A DNA stretch of 63,473 bases, filler included, from Folioceros fuciformis (taxonomy: Eukaryota), in NCBI GenBank assembly GCA_049999805.1. It is 19 parts of 19 records of this genome, joined end to end, with 100 filler letters (N's around TTAATTAATTAA, not from the genome) between each part and the next. Parts side by side here need not be neighbours in the genome. Positions count along the whole stretch, not along the records: positions 1 to 4,362 come from JBNGIO010002858.1; positions 4,463 to 6,345 come from JBNGIO010002860.1; positions 6,446 to 10,907 come from JBNGIO010002861.1; positions 11,008 to 12,502 come from JBNGIO010002862.1; 15 more parts are not named here. One strand, 5' to 3'. The notes under the pieces were generated by a model. The model made no database searches. It was not told the origin of the DNA and saw only the letters and a list, made by a program, of their open reading frames with translations. A program made the position numbers and the translations under genes. This document shows positions 1-12,246 of the stretch, one piece after another; the first letter of the stretch is position 1; each line of letters opens with the position of its first letter.

Positions 1-859
1 TGTCGCTAGGTGGAAGAGGAAGGCCTGCGGTATCTCCAGAGGAACAGGCAAGACGGGACGAGTTGGCAAGACAGATTCTTGCAGGGGAGTTCGGTAAGAT
101 CAGAGTTGTGCAGCCTTCTCCTCCCCAGGGAACCAATCTTGAAGCAGGGGCCAAGCTTTTTGTCGATGAAGGAGGGGAATATGAAGCCCGACGTGAGCAA
201 CAATTTTCCAAAGCCACCGAGTGTGTTGGATTCTGTAGGGAAAAGGACGCGAAGGTTGTCCTTCTGACCTGCCCACCAAAGCATCCCCAATAGAGTTGGG
301 TAGTTAGGATAGACGTGGTAGGAGGGGTGGTTTAAGCGTTTAAAGACACTGTTTAATGCGCTTAAGCGCTGTAGCAGGTGAGGGACCATCAATGGCTGCC
401 TACCTGATCAACCACCCCAACCGACAGTAGCCAGGAATTCTATAAGAGTCATAGGGCTCAAGAGATAAAATGGTCGGTCTTTGTTTCTTACCAAGCCTGA
501 ACACACTTGTTCGTGTTCCAACAAGTGCGCTCCTGCCGGCTGCGTCGTCTGCAGCCCCTGGTAGCTTGGTGGGGATCGTGACGGCCCAGACGCCTGGGTG
601 TGAGGTGCCGTGCTTCGCACGCACACTCGTGGGTATCCTACTGGAGTGAGTCGCCGACAGCAGAGGCGTGTTTGGCAGGCAAGAGGTGTATTCAGGTTCG
701 CGAGGGTCGTGGTAGAAGAAAGGTACGAATAGAGTTGCACACACACAACTAGGACAGGCCCTCCTTCGAGGGAACGAAACCTGCTAGACTACACGACAGC
801 GGGATAGGTGTGGCCGCTAGAGGGAAGCCCCTGGGTGTCCCCGGATTCTTTCCACCACA
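1..859 (+). mobile_element. 3' part of an LTR related to LTR family X (ends ...CCACCACA), inserted in the leader of another element
   Basis: GGGAACGAAACC...CGACAGCGGGATAGGTGTGGCC at ~770-815 matches the family X end at 23587-23765 and 25282-25673; TATA-like CTATAAGA at ~440; left boundary not determined. Confidence 0.55.
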
Positions 860-1290
860 GCTGTCCAGGCATGGTGGCACAGGGGCAATCAATTCGTGAG
901 CATTCTCACAGGCAAAGTGCCTGAAGGCATCTGCTCACGAAAAAGATGCCCCGCACGCTTCTACAACCCGTCCAGAATTCAAGGCAGCAAGAAGAGAAAA
1001 CTAAGGAGACGAGTTCGATGCAACTTAGGAAACTTCAAAAGTGCTGCGTGCACCGAAGTGCACACAGCCGATCTAGGCTGCTCGTGCGCTGGGAGTTAAA
1101 CGCACGACATGGATCGCCGCACGCTCTGATACCATGACATGTTTGTGTGTAGATAAAAGAAGGGAATTGAATAGAATGTCATGATACATGTCATATGAAC
1201 TTGACCAGGTGACGGTTATTGATTGTAACCGTCACCTAACCCCTAACCCTAACCTGAACTAATAAAAAGAAAATTAAATATAACCTGTCA
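860..1290 (-). mobile_element. 5' LTR (1135-1290, TGACA...TGTCA, ~156 bp), tRNA-iMet PBS (1123-1134) and leader of an LTR retrotransposon
   Basis: Minus strand reads ...ATGTCA-TGGTATCAGAGC; terminal inverted repeat; the element interrupts a copia integrase right after HSDICEPMSTES. Confidence 0.8.
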
Positions 1291-1630
1291 GATTCAGTGC
1301 TCATGGGTTCGCATATGTCAGAGTGGATGGTTTACAGCAAGCATCGTGCTCGTGTGGGGAAAGGATCTTTAAAAGGTAATTGGTTCAGCTTTGTGTATTG
1401 ACATATTTTGCAGAAAAAATCCTTGTGGACTCTCAGCTTGACAAGGTCCTTGTACATGATAGGGTTGGCGAGCATGTTTAAGTATCGAGGGTTCATGTGG
1501 CCTGCTCGGCAATGCCAAAGAAGGGACTCGTTCAGAGATGTGGGGGAACTACTATTGACCAGCAGGGGAGTGGATTGAATGTTGAGGAGGTATAGGTCGT
1601 TAAATAGGAGTCCATGGGCTAGGGTGACCT
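1291..1630 (-). pseudogene. Ty1/copia GAG-pre-integrase / integrase N-terminal fragment
   Basis: Manual translation: LLWHCRAGHMN...FCKICQYTKL...FPTRA...*TIHSDICEPMSTES (HHCC zinc finger plus start of catalytic core). Confidence 0.85.
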
Positions 1631-2652
1631 AGTTAGAATTGCTAACGTGGAAGCAGATGCATCGAAAATGATCTATTAGGAACTAAATAGGTGGATACAA
1701 AGGTAGGCCTTAAGTAGCAGTTTACGAAGGGGTGTGCTCTTTGACTAACCTGCCAGTTAACTAACTACACTTATAACAAGGTCTAGTTAGGCTAACCAAC
1801 ATAATACATAACCACATGGTCTGCCTTATATTTCGACTCTCCCTCTCAGACAAGTGCTGGTTGCTATTAGAAGAGAGCTCCTAAGTACAAACGGAGATCA
1901 CTGCTGTTGACTCCAAGCTTTAAACTTCTTCAAAACGGCTATCACCTAGAGTCGGCAGTCCTCACTCTTGTAGAGCCTGTAGTCTACAGGATCTCACAGA
2001 GTAGAACACCACTCCAGTGACAGAAGAGAAGCATGCCAACTGCTTCGTATCATCAACCCCAAGTGACGGAATGTTTGTGTAGTGAAAGGTCCTATCATAT
2101 AAGTCATTTGTTTAGTGTCATGTATCTACTACAATCCACCAAACCAAGCTCTTCTCTGTGAAAACAATGTTTGAACTTAGGAAAGGACTTGGTCAAGACA
2201 TCTACTGAGTTGTTGTCGGTAGGTATATACTAAAACTTGATGATACCTCTCTCAGCAGCATCTCTAATATAATGATGTTGAATTTCTATATGCTTGGTGT
2301 GTGCATGGAAGACGGGGTTAGCAACCAAACCAATTGCAGACATGTTGTCACAATGCAAGATTGTTGGCCCTTCTTGCTTCATACCCAAGCCTTCACAAAG
2401 CTTCCTTTCCCACTCAACCTCCTCAGTGGCTTCAGTGAGTGCCTTGTACTCAGACTTTGTGGAAGACAGGGAGATGGCTGCTTTTTTTCTACATGACAAA
2501 TTAACTACAGAGGAGTTGGCCAGAAAACAATAAGCCGATATACTTTTTTGAGTATTAGCGTTAGAGGCCCAGTTTGCATCTACATAACAAGTGAGCTTAA
2601 GATGCTTCTTCCCGTTGGGTTTATAGCAAAGACCATAATTGGGTGTGCCCTT
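1631..2652 (-). mobile_element. Ty1/copia 3' end: RNase H (to ~2100), 3' UTR, PPT (1839-1848) and 3' LTR (1631-1838, AG...CT termini)
   Basis: ORF 2230-2499 SLSSTKSEY...HCDN...HTKHIEIQHHYIRD; PPT TGAGAGGGAG; closely similar to 39186-40220. Confidence 0.9.
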
Positions 2653-4188
2653 TATTAGAAAAGCAGGAGCCGTTATGTTCAGAACAATAACAAACAGTTC
2701 AGGTAGTTTCGCATTTACAGTTTAGACGGTTTAATAACTGCTTAATATTTTGTTTACACAATTCGTTTTAGCAATAAACAATATCCTTTTTGCTTCACAC
2801 TCGAGAGGACGCTTTCCTTCCATGGCTCCCAAGAACATCCGTCTCCTAGCCTCCTCACCTCAATCCTGCCATAGTTAGCTTCATAGCTTTATGGTATCAG
2901 AGCTAGTTCGATGAGTCCTTGGCAAATGCAATGGGTGTCAATCCATCTTGAATGCACCACTTTGCCTTCAAGATGCCGAGACGAAGATTTCCTGCACCCG
3001 ACACACAATCTTCTCTGACATGCCCACTTTCTGCTTGCTTAGACTAGATTCTTTATTCCTTTTGCAGATCTTTGGAGAAGAGGGCAACTTCGTCAACTCC
3101 CCGGAGTCATCCCACACATTTTCCGATGCCCACATGTGAATGCCGATACCGACATCCCGCCACTACGTCTGTTCTTCAATGTGCAACCGAGAGAGTCTTG
3201 CATACGAAGAAATCCTCAACTCCAGGACGCACCAATGAAGATAAAATTGCATCTCTTCACAGAGAGCTCTACACTCTACAAATGAGTGTGAGGGAGCAGG
3301 ATGCATTCATCTCAAGGATATTTGAAAACATTGAGGTTCTTCACTTGTCTTGTGTAGAACGTTTTCAAATGGATATCAAATCTATTAGTCCTCCTCAAGC
3401 TAGAACACGTATGTCTAGCACCATGTTGTAGTTTCTCGTTTATGACAGATAGTTCAAACTTTGAGGATGAAATTGTCGTGGACATTTCATCTCTCTTTGT
3501 TGAACCTCCTAACCTCTTTGTCTGGGATTTCTCCCCAAGCAATCTCTTGGAAAGACAACGTCCACAACCATTAGTCCCTAATAGGACTCTTAATCCTGTA
3601 GTCATGTCTGGAGCCTCATCTTCTGTCCTTGTTGTTCCTGCCTTGAAGATTGAATTCAGGGACAAGGACAGGTTTAATGGCACAGACTATAACATTTGGG
3701 CTATGAGACTCACCCAAATTTTTGAGGAGAATGAGCTGTTGTCCATCGTGGATGGCAGAGAACCTAAGGTGACGACACCTGCTAGAACGGCTGACGAAAT
3801 CCTAGCCTGGGAGCGTAAGGATAGATGAGCACGTTCCATACTCATTGCTGCCTTAGACAGAAACGTTATGCCACACACAACAGATGCAAAGACATCTGCA
3901 GATGTGTGGAAAGTTTTTCAGTCAATTTACCAGGATAAGAACTCAACATCTTTGGTGCATGTGCACAGAGATTTTTTCAATTTGAGAATGAGGGACAATG
4001 AGCCTGTCAAGGCTTACATCAACAAGTTTAGGACTCTTCGTGCTAATCTTGCGTATTGTGGCATAGTGCTCACGGAAGTACAAGTAGCGATAAGCATCAT
4101 GGCTTCACTTCTTGAGAGCTATCAGCATTTTGTTGGCAGTCAAAATGCCACAATACATGCAGTTGTTCAGGCGGCAACATCAGGTCAA
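2653..4188 (+). mobile_element. Ty1/copia 5' end: LTR (~2653-2891), PBS-iMet (2892-2903), upstream coding region and degenerate gag
   Basis: TGGTATCAGAGC; KIEFRDKDRFNGTDYNIWAMRL...W.RKDR*...FFNLRMRDNEPVKAYINKFR (copia gag, UBN2-type). Confidence 0.88.
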
Positions 4189-4362
4189 TGTCATGCTGTT
4201 GCTGTATGGGAAACAGAGCACCTAAGACTCTATGACTGGATACTGACTAGAGCATCCTGGGCATAAGCCCTGAATGCTGAAATGACTAGATACTGACTGG
4301 AGCATCTCGGGCATAAGCCCTGATGCTGAAGTGCTTGATGATGTCATGTACATGGCCCATGG

Positions 4363-4462
4363 NNNNNNNNNNNNNNNNNNNNNNNNNNNNNNNNNNNNNN
4401 NNNNNNTTAATTAATTAANNNNNNNNNNNNNNNNNNNNNNNNNNNNNNNNNNNNNNNNNNNN
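4363..4462. other. Artificial contig linker N44-TTAATTAATTAA-N44 (first of 18; others start at 6346, 10908, 12503, 15920, 17724, 20421, 22367, 23487, 25182, 27363, 29556, 33325, 36647, 42159, 47131, 51952, 60510)
   Basis: Identical 100-bp blocks with a six-frame stop palindrome; ORFs ending in X...LIN are artefacts of it. Confidence 0.98.
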
Positions 4463-6253
4463 GTGTACTCTTGTACTGGGACTCCTGATTCTGTTGTTGA
4501 TTTTGGTAGGAATTTCTACCTCTACCATCTCTTTGCCCTCTGCCACCTTGGGCTCTACCTCTGCCTCTGCCAAAGTCGAAGGCTTGCTCAAAGCTTTCCT
4601 TAGGCTTAGAGGATGATTCCTTGCCTAGGTTTTTCTCCTCTATGATCAACATAGAGATCAGGTGTGAGAAATTGGGAATGTTTTCCCGAGTCTGTATAGA
4701 AGTCTTGAACTGCTTATAGGCAGGTGTTAACCTGCGAAGCAAACTTTGACCTTGTCGTCATCTTCCACAATGACACCAATGGACGCAAGGGATTCCACTA
4801 TCTCTTTGATCTTTAACGCATACTCATTGATTGATAAGTTCTTCTTCATAATTGTGTTGAAGTCATTCTTCAACTGTAGTTTCCTCGCCTTCGTGTTGGT
4901 CTCATAGAGTTTGACCAACTCATCCCATGCTTCTTTGGGCAACTCTGCATCCTGTATGTGCCCAATCATGGTGTCATGAATGCTGATTGACAGCCAATAC
5001 ATGACCTTCCGAGATCCTTGACTCCAATCCTTCAGCACCTTAATCTACTCCGCTGTTGCATTCCGTTCAAGTACTACAAGGGGTTTTTCATGCTCCCCCT
5101 CAATGTAGTCCCAATAACCCATCCCATAAGAAAGTTTGTAAAACGAAACTTCCAGGCATGGAAGTTGTTTTTTTCCAGCTTCTCTTGCACGATCTGGTTA
5201 ATACTGTCACTGGCCATTCTTGCCACCACTCAAGGTTGACACTCAATCCTTCTTGAGTACTCACACTTGATAAATGTCTGCAAGAAAGAGACTGCTTCTG
5301 ACTGGAGTTTTACTCACAAGACCTTAAGTCTCTTCTTCCTAAGAGCAATCTGGTGCGGAATCACACTGCCTTGCATGAACCAGATTATCTCATGCTCCGT
5401 GTCCTTACAGACTCTTGACGATCTACCCACAAAGCTCCTGTGAGATTTCGTGTCAATTCCTTCCCTGCTGCCAAGCTAGGGTTAGCACACTTTCTTGCAG
5501 CTGCTGAGGCTACTACAGCTGTTGCCTCCACTTGTTAGCCCTTCCACAGAGCTCCGGGGATCAACAGCCCGTTGCCCTTCTCCTCACTTCTTGCACACAC
5601 CGATATGAGAGTTAGCTGCCGCTTGCTACCGATCTCCCTCCAAGCTGCTCCAACTCCTCGTAGCTCCTCCAGCTCCTGGTGTGCACTCTTACTGCCTCTT
5701 GCAGCACCTCCTACACTAATCTTGCACCGCCCTCAGGTGTACCCGCCTGGCTCTCCGGCTCTGGGCTACGCTTGGCAATTTGGCTCTCCGGCTGTGGGCT
5801 ACGCTTGGCAATCTAGCTCTCCGGCTGTGGGCTCCGCTTGGCAATCTGGCTCTCCGGCTCTAGGCTACTCTTGGCAATCTGGCTCTCCGGCTCTAGGCTA
5901 CTCTTGGCAATCTGGCTCTCCGACTCTAGGCTACACTTGGCAATCTGGCTCTCAAGCTCTAATACCATGTCAATAGGATCGACTCCAGTCTATGAGCAAG
6001 TGTAGGAGAGGAGAGAAGAGAGGGTGGTATTGGTGGTCACAACCAAAAACAATACACATTACCACTGTCTTACTATGGAGGTCCGAGGTCTTCATTTAAG
6101 TAGTACATTTAGGGCTACACAACTTCCAAGTTCAATATGGGATAATCTACACTATCCTAAGTTCATTAATAACTAGAACTAGTTTAGTATGAACCCAACC
6201 GGGATAACTAACACCACATGAGTTTAGCTTATATAGAGCTCGATAACTCAACA
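4463..6253 (-). mobile_element. Ty1/copia 5' end: LTR 5968-6253 (TGTTGA...TGACA), PBS 5956-5967, leader, frameshifted gag (~5218-4470)
   Basis: PBS TGGTATTAGAGC; ORFs 4727-5038 and 4407-4742 carry W..L..LYE...RKLQLK, YKQF.TSIQTRE and an RG-rich tail. Confidence 0.88.
5747..5953. repeat. 33-bp tandem repeat, ~6.3 copies (CTGGCTCTCCGGCTCTRGGCTACKCTTGGCAAT), in the copia leader next to the PBS
   Basis: Directly visible; translates as GSPALGYxWQS repeats on the plus strand. Confidence 0.95.
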
Positions 6254-6445
6254 TATCGTGCAGGCTTGGAGTGTGTGGACTATTTGCCGGATGCGTACCG
6301 GCTGCATAGGATGGTGACTACAGTGTGCCTATATTGCAGGCGCAANNNNNNNNNNNNNNNNNNNNNNNNNNNNNNNNNNNNNNNNNNNNTTAATTAATTA
6401 ANNNNNNNNNNNNNNNNNNNNNNNNNNNNNNNNNNNNNNNNNNNN

Positions 6446-7141
6446 ATAACATGTCAGCCATTGCTATGGTGGCTAATCCTGTTTTTCATGCCCGCACTAA
6501 GCACATCGAGATCCAACATCATTACGTTAGGGATGCTGCTGAGAGGGGCTGAGTAAAGATTCAGTATGTACCTACAGATCTCAATGTAGCTGATGTTTTG
6601 ACCAAGTCACTTCCTAAGTTTAGACACTGTTTTCATAGGGAAGGACTTGGCCTTGTAGATTGTAGTGGTTATGTTACTCAAGAAAACTTGAAGACGTGGT
6701 AATAATATTCCTTCTTGCTCCATCTAGTGCAAGGGTAGCTGTAACTGGAGTATTACTTCTGTTCTGGTCATGACCAGTGCGCTACTGTGGAGGTTGTCGC
6801 CAGCGATAGACTTCTTGACAGTGTCAGCGACTGGAAGATTTGACAGCCGAGCTGAAGTAGATAGCTCTTTGCTACAAACTTTCCAAGCACTGACCTCTAA
6901 TAGAGCTCTCATAACCTCTACGTGACTGAGAGGGAGAGTTAGAAGGGGTACCAGTCCACTAGAGTTAAGTAACCATAAGTCATGCTAGTTTAGCCAACCA
7001 AGAGTTATGTTAATTTGCTAGGCTAGTGAAAAGTCACACCCTTTAGGGTGATACCTATAAAAGGACAACTATTTGTATTTTGTATTATTCTTAATGTATC
7101 TTTTGTATTGAAGACACGCTTCCGCATGTAGTCTTCCAACT
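6446..7141 (+). mobile_element. Ty1/copia 3' end: RNase H C-terminus, PPT 6927-6936, 3' LTR 6937-7141 (AG...CT termini)
   Basis: NMSAIAMVANPVFHARTKHIEIQHHYVRD...ADVLTKSLPK; TGAGAGGGAG then AGTTAGAAG...CTTCCAACT. Confidence 0.9.
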
Positions 7142-8872
7142 GTTGCTCCTTCAATGCTTGGATCTCTGCCCTAGCCTGGTGCGCCTCTTCCTCCACTCAT
7201 GCCTTATCCTCACTTAGGACCCACTGCTCCTCTTCCAAGAGTCGTCGTGCCGTCTGACTCCGCTAGCTCCCTCCAGGCTTCGGCCTCCTTCCCTCTTGCC
7301 TTGGCCCCCTTGCTCCGAGCCTCAGCCTCTCTTTCTGCCTACATGCTTAGCCAGGTCAGCGCCTTGGCTGCCTGGTCCAGCAAGTCAGCTTGTGCCTACA
7401 CCATGGCTGAGGTTAGTCTTGGCAGATTCACCTCCTGTGACTCACGAGGAGCCATTCACCTCTTGGTTATCTGCCTTCCTAGCATTGCTCGCAACTTCTC
7501 CAGCTCCCCTGCCTGCAGCCTATCCACTTCCGGGATTTTTTTAAAATCCTCTTCCCATTCTGGAAATCCTTCCTGCTTTGGAACGTGCCCTAATTCACCC
7601 ATACCCTCAGGAGGAGCCACTTCCGTCTCTGGCACTTGCCCCTTAGGTGCTTCTGGCTCCACCTTGTTGGGCTCCTTCTCCTCGGGCTCTTGGTCTGCTG
7701 GTTCTTGGGCAGCTCCCTGCTCCTTCTTAGCTTGCTCTTGGGCCGCCTCCTATGACGCTGACCCACTTCCTTTCCTGACAATCTGACCATTGGCCCGTCT
7801 CCTCTTGGTAGGAGCCTTTTTCCCTGACCCTGCCTTTCTCTTTTGCCTAGCGGGGGTCCCCTCCTTCGAACTATCCACACCGCCTGACTCCCAGCTACTA
7901 GAGTCGGCTTCCGCTGGCTCGACGGGCTTCCACTTTACATTTCTTATTGGTCTCCACATGTGCAGTGAGGCGAGCACCTCCAGCTCTGACACGAGATTAG
8001 CATAGCAGTAGATATGAATTAAAAAAGGAGAAATCATTGAAGGTCGGGGAGAGGACAAGGTTAGATTCTGTCTTTCCTCATCCATCCGGGCGTACAGGAT
8101 TTTCCCCCAGTCCACCTTGCTCCCCTTGACCACCTCGTGCACAAACAGGAGCATCTGGTTGGACAGATAATCCTGCTTGCAAACCTGCAGGAAACATAGG
8201 AACCACCTAGTCAGACCCAGCAGCTGAGGGTTGGCCATGTCGTGGACCAGCCACCCATTGGCTTCCTTCTTGGTGCCTGGTTTGAGTAGCCCTTCGCCCT
8301 CCGCTGTGCCACCTCATTTCTTCAGGGACTCCAGCACCAATCCCCCCTCCTCCTGCTGGTCACGGCCATACACTCCCTTACTAGCTCCAAGTTCCACGCC
8401 TGGGGTCTGCCACAAATTCCCTCTTCTCGGACGGGCTCTCTCATTTTCAGGGTGCACTCCCTAACCAGCTATGGCGCCGCATGGTTCCATCTCTGGGTCA
8501 TGAACCCGAGGCCTAGTCTTCGACCAATCCTCCGGCTTTGACCCTCCAATGCTCCATGTTGGGCCACAAGAGCACATCAATCTTCGGTACAGGGGAGTCT
8601 CCCTCCTGTTCAGGTACAGCTACTCCTAGTAGCAACTCTGGCCGTGACCTCATCCTGCTCGATTCTTCCCCTACTCCAAACCCTGATGCTTCCTGCGCCT
8701 ATGGTCGCCGGCGCTCTCCGCCCGCTCTGCTACCTTGCCTAAGCTCCCGCTCCTCCTTCGGCCGTCGTTGCGCTTCGCGGCTACTCCTACTCCCGCTCCA
8801 ACCCGCGGACGTTTTTGCCTCGGTTACTACCCAGGTCCTCCCTTGATTCGCTCTAGGGTTTTATGCTGCCAT
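7142..8872 (-). pseudogene. Degenerate retrotransposon accessory ORF (plant-mobile-domain-like core, then low-complexity and coiled-coil tail)
   Basis: NGWLVHDMANPQLLGLTRWFL...VKGSKVDWGKILY.RM; several stops and frameshifts; family assignment by resemblance only. Confidence 0.5.
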
Positions 8873-9302
8873 TCCCGTTCCACTACCGCCGGTTGGGCTA
8901 CCGCCGGTTCCCCTTCCATGATGGTCGCCCAACCGGCTACCGTCGCCCAGTCACAACACTCCAATTTTCACCTAAGTCCACAATTACCTAAGCCCCTACT
9001 CCATTTCCTATTTCTTATTTTCCAGGGGGGGGTACATATATAGACACATGAGGGCCCCCGCACCACTAAGGGCCAAGGACACCCTCGCCCACACTTCTTC
9101 TTGGTCCTGTCACTCAATCCTATCAAGACACCAAGGGCCAAGGAGCCTTTTGGGTGTAAATACCCAAGTATTATTTCCATACTAAGCCAATTCACTCGCA
9201 TCTTCAGAAAAAAAAACACTACCTGTTCACCCTGCTCTTCAAAATGGGAGTCCCGAAAGTTTTTTTCCTCTACAGCTCCATGTCTACGAAAATCATGGGC
9301 TT

Positions 9303-10440
9303 GATATGGAGGTTCAAGCTAGTTGTCCCGAGACCTGCGCTCTCGCACTGGTTTCAACTTCAAGGTTGTTGACAGGTGCTACTTCATCAGGCTCAGGCAA
9401 GTGCTTGTCATTCACAACTTCCTGTAGAACCTCCTCTGCGGCCAAATCATCTGACCTAACTGAGTCTTCAGACTGTACTGACCTAATTTCATCTTGGTTG
9501 GCAAGATCTAAAACTGGGTGAGCATCCTGTGCATACAAGTCATCAACTCCACATTGTCCAGCAGCAAGTTCACCATCAGAAGCTAGATAAGTATAAGAAA
9601 CTTCAATCTATTCTACATCTAGGTCAGCAAACAAGTCTTGCATTGTGGATAATGGTTCTGACTCATACAGTCGTGTTACTGCTAGGTCAGAATGAGGAGA
9701 AGTGAGCTCTATAAAAGTAGCACTCTGAGACAAGGTAATTTTAGAATTTGAAGGGTCAAACAGTTTATAGGCTTTAGAGTCTTCTGAATATCCAAGAAAA
9801 ATAAGGGGTTGAGCTCAATTATCTAACTTCTTCCTTTTGGTTTCACGTATGTATGCAAAAGTTGGAGACCAAAAACCTTCAAGTGAAGCAAACTGGGTTT
9901 CCGACCCTAAAAGGCTTCATATGGAGTTCTACCAAGGCAACGCAGAAGTCACGATTTTGTTCAGAATGTAAGTAGCACAAACTACAGCTTCTGCCCAATA
10001 TTTGTTTGGAAGGGTAGCCCATGACAACATGCTTCTAACCATGCCCATGAGCGTTTGATTTTTCCTCTCTGCAACCCCGTTGTGGTGTGTAGGGTACAGA
10101 GAGTTGTCCTGTGATACCATATTCCTCAAAGAGTTCATCAAAATGACGACCTGTGAACTCTCCCCCATTATCTATTCGAAAGCATTTCACTAATTTACTT
10201 ATTTGTCTCTGAACCATCTTGATCCAAGAAGAGATGGTTTCAAATACATCACTCTTAAATCTGAGGGGATAAGTCCATGTGTATCGCGAAAAATCATCCG
10301 TCAGAGTTAAGTAATATTTGGCACCTCCAAGAGACTTGAAAGGTAACTTTCCAACTATGTCTGCATGCACCAGTTCTAATACTTGCTTCGCTCGTGTAGC
10401 ATATTTATTTTTAAAGGGTAGTTCTTTCTGCTTGGACAGG
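9303..10440 (-). pseudogene. Ty1/copia integrase core and linker fragment
   Basis: VHADIVG...YYLTLTDDFSRYTW...RIDNGGEF...NGVAERKNQTL...YWAEAV; frameshifted. Confidence 0.93.
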
Positions 10441-10907
10441 TGTGAACCTCCAAAGTTTGGGGTAGTAGTTTGTTTTGGTTGAAAAAGGGTTAATAGGGTA
10501 TGGTTTGGTTTTCTTTTTCAACTTATTTTCCCTAATTTTCCTTGATTTTCTGGTCATTTTTCCTATTTTTCTTTGTGCTAATTAGGTTAATTGACCAGGA
10601 AATAGTTAGCTTGGTTATAAGAGTGGGTATAGGTTTGGTCCCAGACCTGGGAAGGTTTAGGTTCGGCACCAGGCCATAGGGTTGGGTGATTAGTTTAATA
10701 TTAATTAAAGATATATAATATTAAATGATTGATTAATAATATAATAATAATATTAAAATAATATAATAATGGTTTGAACATAGGAACGGGTATCTGGGTA
10801 TGTCAGTGTCAGGGGTCAGGGTCTGACGATAGGCTGGCTGATTGCTTGGCTGGCATGAACGGCCATGGAGGCCATGCCCTAGCTAGAGCTAGAGGTAGGG
10901 GTTGCGG
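10441..10907 (+). mobile_element. LTR terminus TGTGAACCTCCAAAGTTTGGGG (family Z); further copies at 16020-16216 (-) and 17517-17723 (+)
   Basis: Three near-identical copies with a sharp TG boundary, all running into contig ends. Confidence 0.75.
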
Positions 10908-11362
10908 NNNNNNNNNNNNNNNNNNNNNNNNNNNNNNNNNNNNNNNNNNNNTTAATTAATTAANNNNNNNNNNNNNNNNNNNNNNNNNNNNNNNNNNNNN
11001 NNNNNNNCTTCATGCGGCGCCGAACATGGCAACCTTACGCTTCCGGTCCCCAGGCCATGTCTGAACGCACCGTAGCAGCCCAAGAGATCAACACATCCAA
11101 GGAACCTACTTGCCAAGGGACAGCGAGGAGGGTCACATAGCTTTCACTTGGGGGCGGTATCTGCTGAAGCGCATATCGGATAGTCTAAGGCACCGGGCCG
11201 GGCAGTCCTGCAGGCTTCATGTCAAGACCGGGAGCAGGAGCTCCATCAAGGCCTGGCACCTTTTGGCCACCGTCATCTAGCAGTGCAGGAAATCTGCAAC
11301 TTGTTCGAGTGAAAGCTTGACTTGACCGTGCACAGGACGGAAGTGGTGGTTATGTTCGCTTG

Positions 11363-12246
11363 TGTGTGAAAGTGGTTTCTTCTGATGAAGCCGTATAATC
11401 TGATGGTTATGTTCGCTTTTGTGTGAAAGTGGTTTCTTCTGATGAAACCGTATAATCTGAACAAGACTCTCATAAGACACCGATCCGAGCAGACACATCG
11501 TTTCATGTTGAGGCATTCTTAATGCCTTCTCACACTCAATCATCACTCTCTAAAATCCTCAACGGTTTTCACGTCGAGAGCCCTCCATGTTTTTATCACA
11601 TGGTATGAGAGCAGAAATCTAACAACATGGAAGAAAAAACGTCACTAGCTTTGAGTTCAGCTGAGTCCGAATACATTGCAGCTGCTTCTCCAGCCAAGGA
11701 GGGACTGTGGCTTGTACAACTCCTTAAAGACCTTGGGTATCCACAGCCAAGGAGGGACTGCGGCTTGTACAGCTCCTTAAAGACCTTGGGTATCCACACG
11801 ATGGACCAGTGGAGCTCTATGTGTGATCACGAGGCAACCATCGCTCTATCCCGAGACATGAGGTTTCGTGAGCGTTCTAAGCACATCAAGCTACGATATC
11901 ACTTCTCCGCTCTAAGGTGGAATCTGGAGAATTGCCACTCACATATGCTCCCACTGAAGATCAACTAGGGGACATCCTAACGAAGCAAGATCTAGCACGA
12001 AGGCTTCTATTCATTATTAGGCCTTGTAGATTTGTGATGTCTTCAGATCATTTAGCTTCAAGGGGGTGTGTGAAAGTGGTTTCTTGTGATGAAGCCGTAA
12101 AATCTGAACAGACACTCATAAGACACCGATCCGAACAGACACACCGTTTCATGTTGAGGCATTCTTAATGCCTTCTCACACTCAATCATCACTCTCTCAA
12201 ATCCTAAACTTTTTTTCACCTCTAGAGCCCTCATGTTTTTATCACA
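11363..12246 (+). mobile_element. Complete non-autonomous copia-derived mini LTR element (TRIM-like): LTRs 11420-11600 and 12067-12246, PBS 11601-11612, RNase H remnant, PPT ~12060-12066, TSD GCTTG
   Basis: Two ~180-bp TG...CA direct repeats; GCTTG at 11358-11362 and 12247-12251; LALSSAESEYIAA...ERSKHIKLRYHF. Confidence 0.9.

Noticed and set aside
1135-1320. Longer LTR bounded by TGACAT...ATGTCA
   Set aside because: 1291-1320 translates as the host integrase motif SDICEPMSTES, so the LTR boundary is 1290
5572-5976. ORF with GSPALGYxWQS peptide repeats resembling a RiPP precursor
   Set aside because: Antisense reading of a 33-bp tandem array in a copia leader; no ATG start, signal peptide or tailoring genes
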